Of a stretch of 64,000 nucleotides of DNA, positions 63,285 through 64,000 are shown in pieces. Position 1 is the stretch's first letter. Each line of letters opens with the position of its first letter. The stretch is from assembly GCF_963921235.1 (NCBI RefSeq), contig NC_086109.1, forward strand, positions 26,476,001-26,540,000, in the 5' to 3' direction. The position numbers and the translations under genes are program-made. The stretch comes from Mobula hypostoma. Taxonomy: Eukaryota. The notes below the pieces were generated by a model. It worked only from the letters and a program-made list of their open reading frames with translations, ran no database searches and was not told where the DNA came from.

Positions 63285-64000
63285 TCTTTTCACATCTCCT
63301 CTTCAATTAATATTATACCACTATGCCGGCTAGTTGGAGGAAGATAATACAGTGCAGATGTATTTTTATTCTGACATTTCTATGGTTTGTTAACTGCTGA
63401 AAAATAAATCATGCCCTGGGCATCTTTGCACTGACAAAATAGACAGCAGACTATCAAGTTACAGTAGTACACGCAAAATGCTGGAAGAACTCAGTAGGTC
63501 AGGCAGCATCTACGGAAAAGAATAAAGAGTCGAAACTGAGAGAAAGGAAGGGTATCCTTGCAGAAGGCAGGATGGAAGGATGTACCATCAAGATAATTCT
63601 AGATTTGTAGTCAGTGGGTTTATAAAAGATGTTAATTCAGAATCAGAACCAGAATCAGATTCACTGGCATATGTCATGCAAAAACAGATTTTTTAAAAAA
63701 AAGTAGTGAGATAGTGTTCATGGGTTCAATGTCCATTTAGAAATCGGATGACAGAGGGAAAGAAGCTGTTCCTTCAGGCTTCTGTACCTCATTCCTGATG
63801 GCAACAATGAGAAGAGGGCATGTCCTGGGTGGTGGGGTTCCTTGATGATGGAGGCTGCTCAGTGCTTTTCTGAGGCACTGCTCCTTGAAGTTGCTTATCT
63901 CGTGGAATGGAGTCAAAGAGATCCAGAAGGGTGAAGGGAAGTGGTAGGGAATGCCCATGTAAATGTGATCCCTCTTTCTACAGGTGCAGCTTGACTGGCT

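Noticed and set aside
63984..64000. Possible start of the last semaphorin exon (cctctttctacag|GTG CAG CTT GAC TGG, VQLDW, phase 0)
   Set aside because: Only 17 nt are visible, and ctacaggtgcagcttgactggct also resembles the Penelope-end repeat ccacagatgctgcctgacctgct; it cannot be decided in this window.

Overview
Vertebrate nuclear DNA, AT-rich and dense in transposons. The repeat set (V-SINE/HE1-like SINEs, CR1 with (TTTCTATG)n tails, Rex1/Babar, Neptune Penelope-like elements) suggests a cartilaginous fish, probably a ray; this is inference. The window lies inside one + strand gene, a class 3 semaphorin of the SEMA3D branch. Twelve coding exons (989-63137, 1410 nt, 470 codons) splice in frame through GT-AG introns and encode the Sema domain C-terminal part, the PSI domain and the start of the Ig domain; both ends of the gene are outside the window. 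The introns hold CR1, Rex1/Babar, L1/Tx1 and Hero-like LINE pieces, SINEs, two solo LTRs and Harbinger, hAT, Tigger and Tc1 DNA transposon derivatives. The most notable signal is a Neptune-type Penelope-like element (RT plus GIY-YIG) whose 3' UTR carries a minimal type I hammerhead ribozyme. About 15 or more short derivatives of this 3' end are scattered across the window. At least four are single insertions, each with a 10-14 bp target-site duplication, built as inverted pairs of the ribozyme-bearing end. Family names are from pattern recognition and recall, not from database searches.
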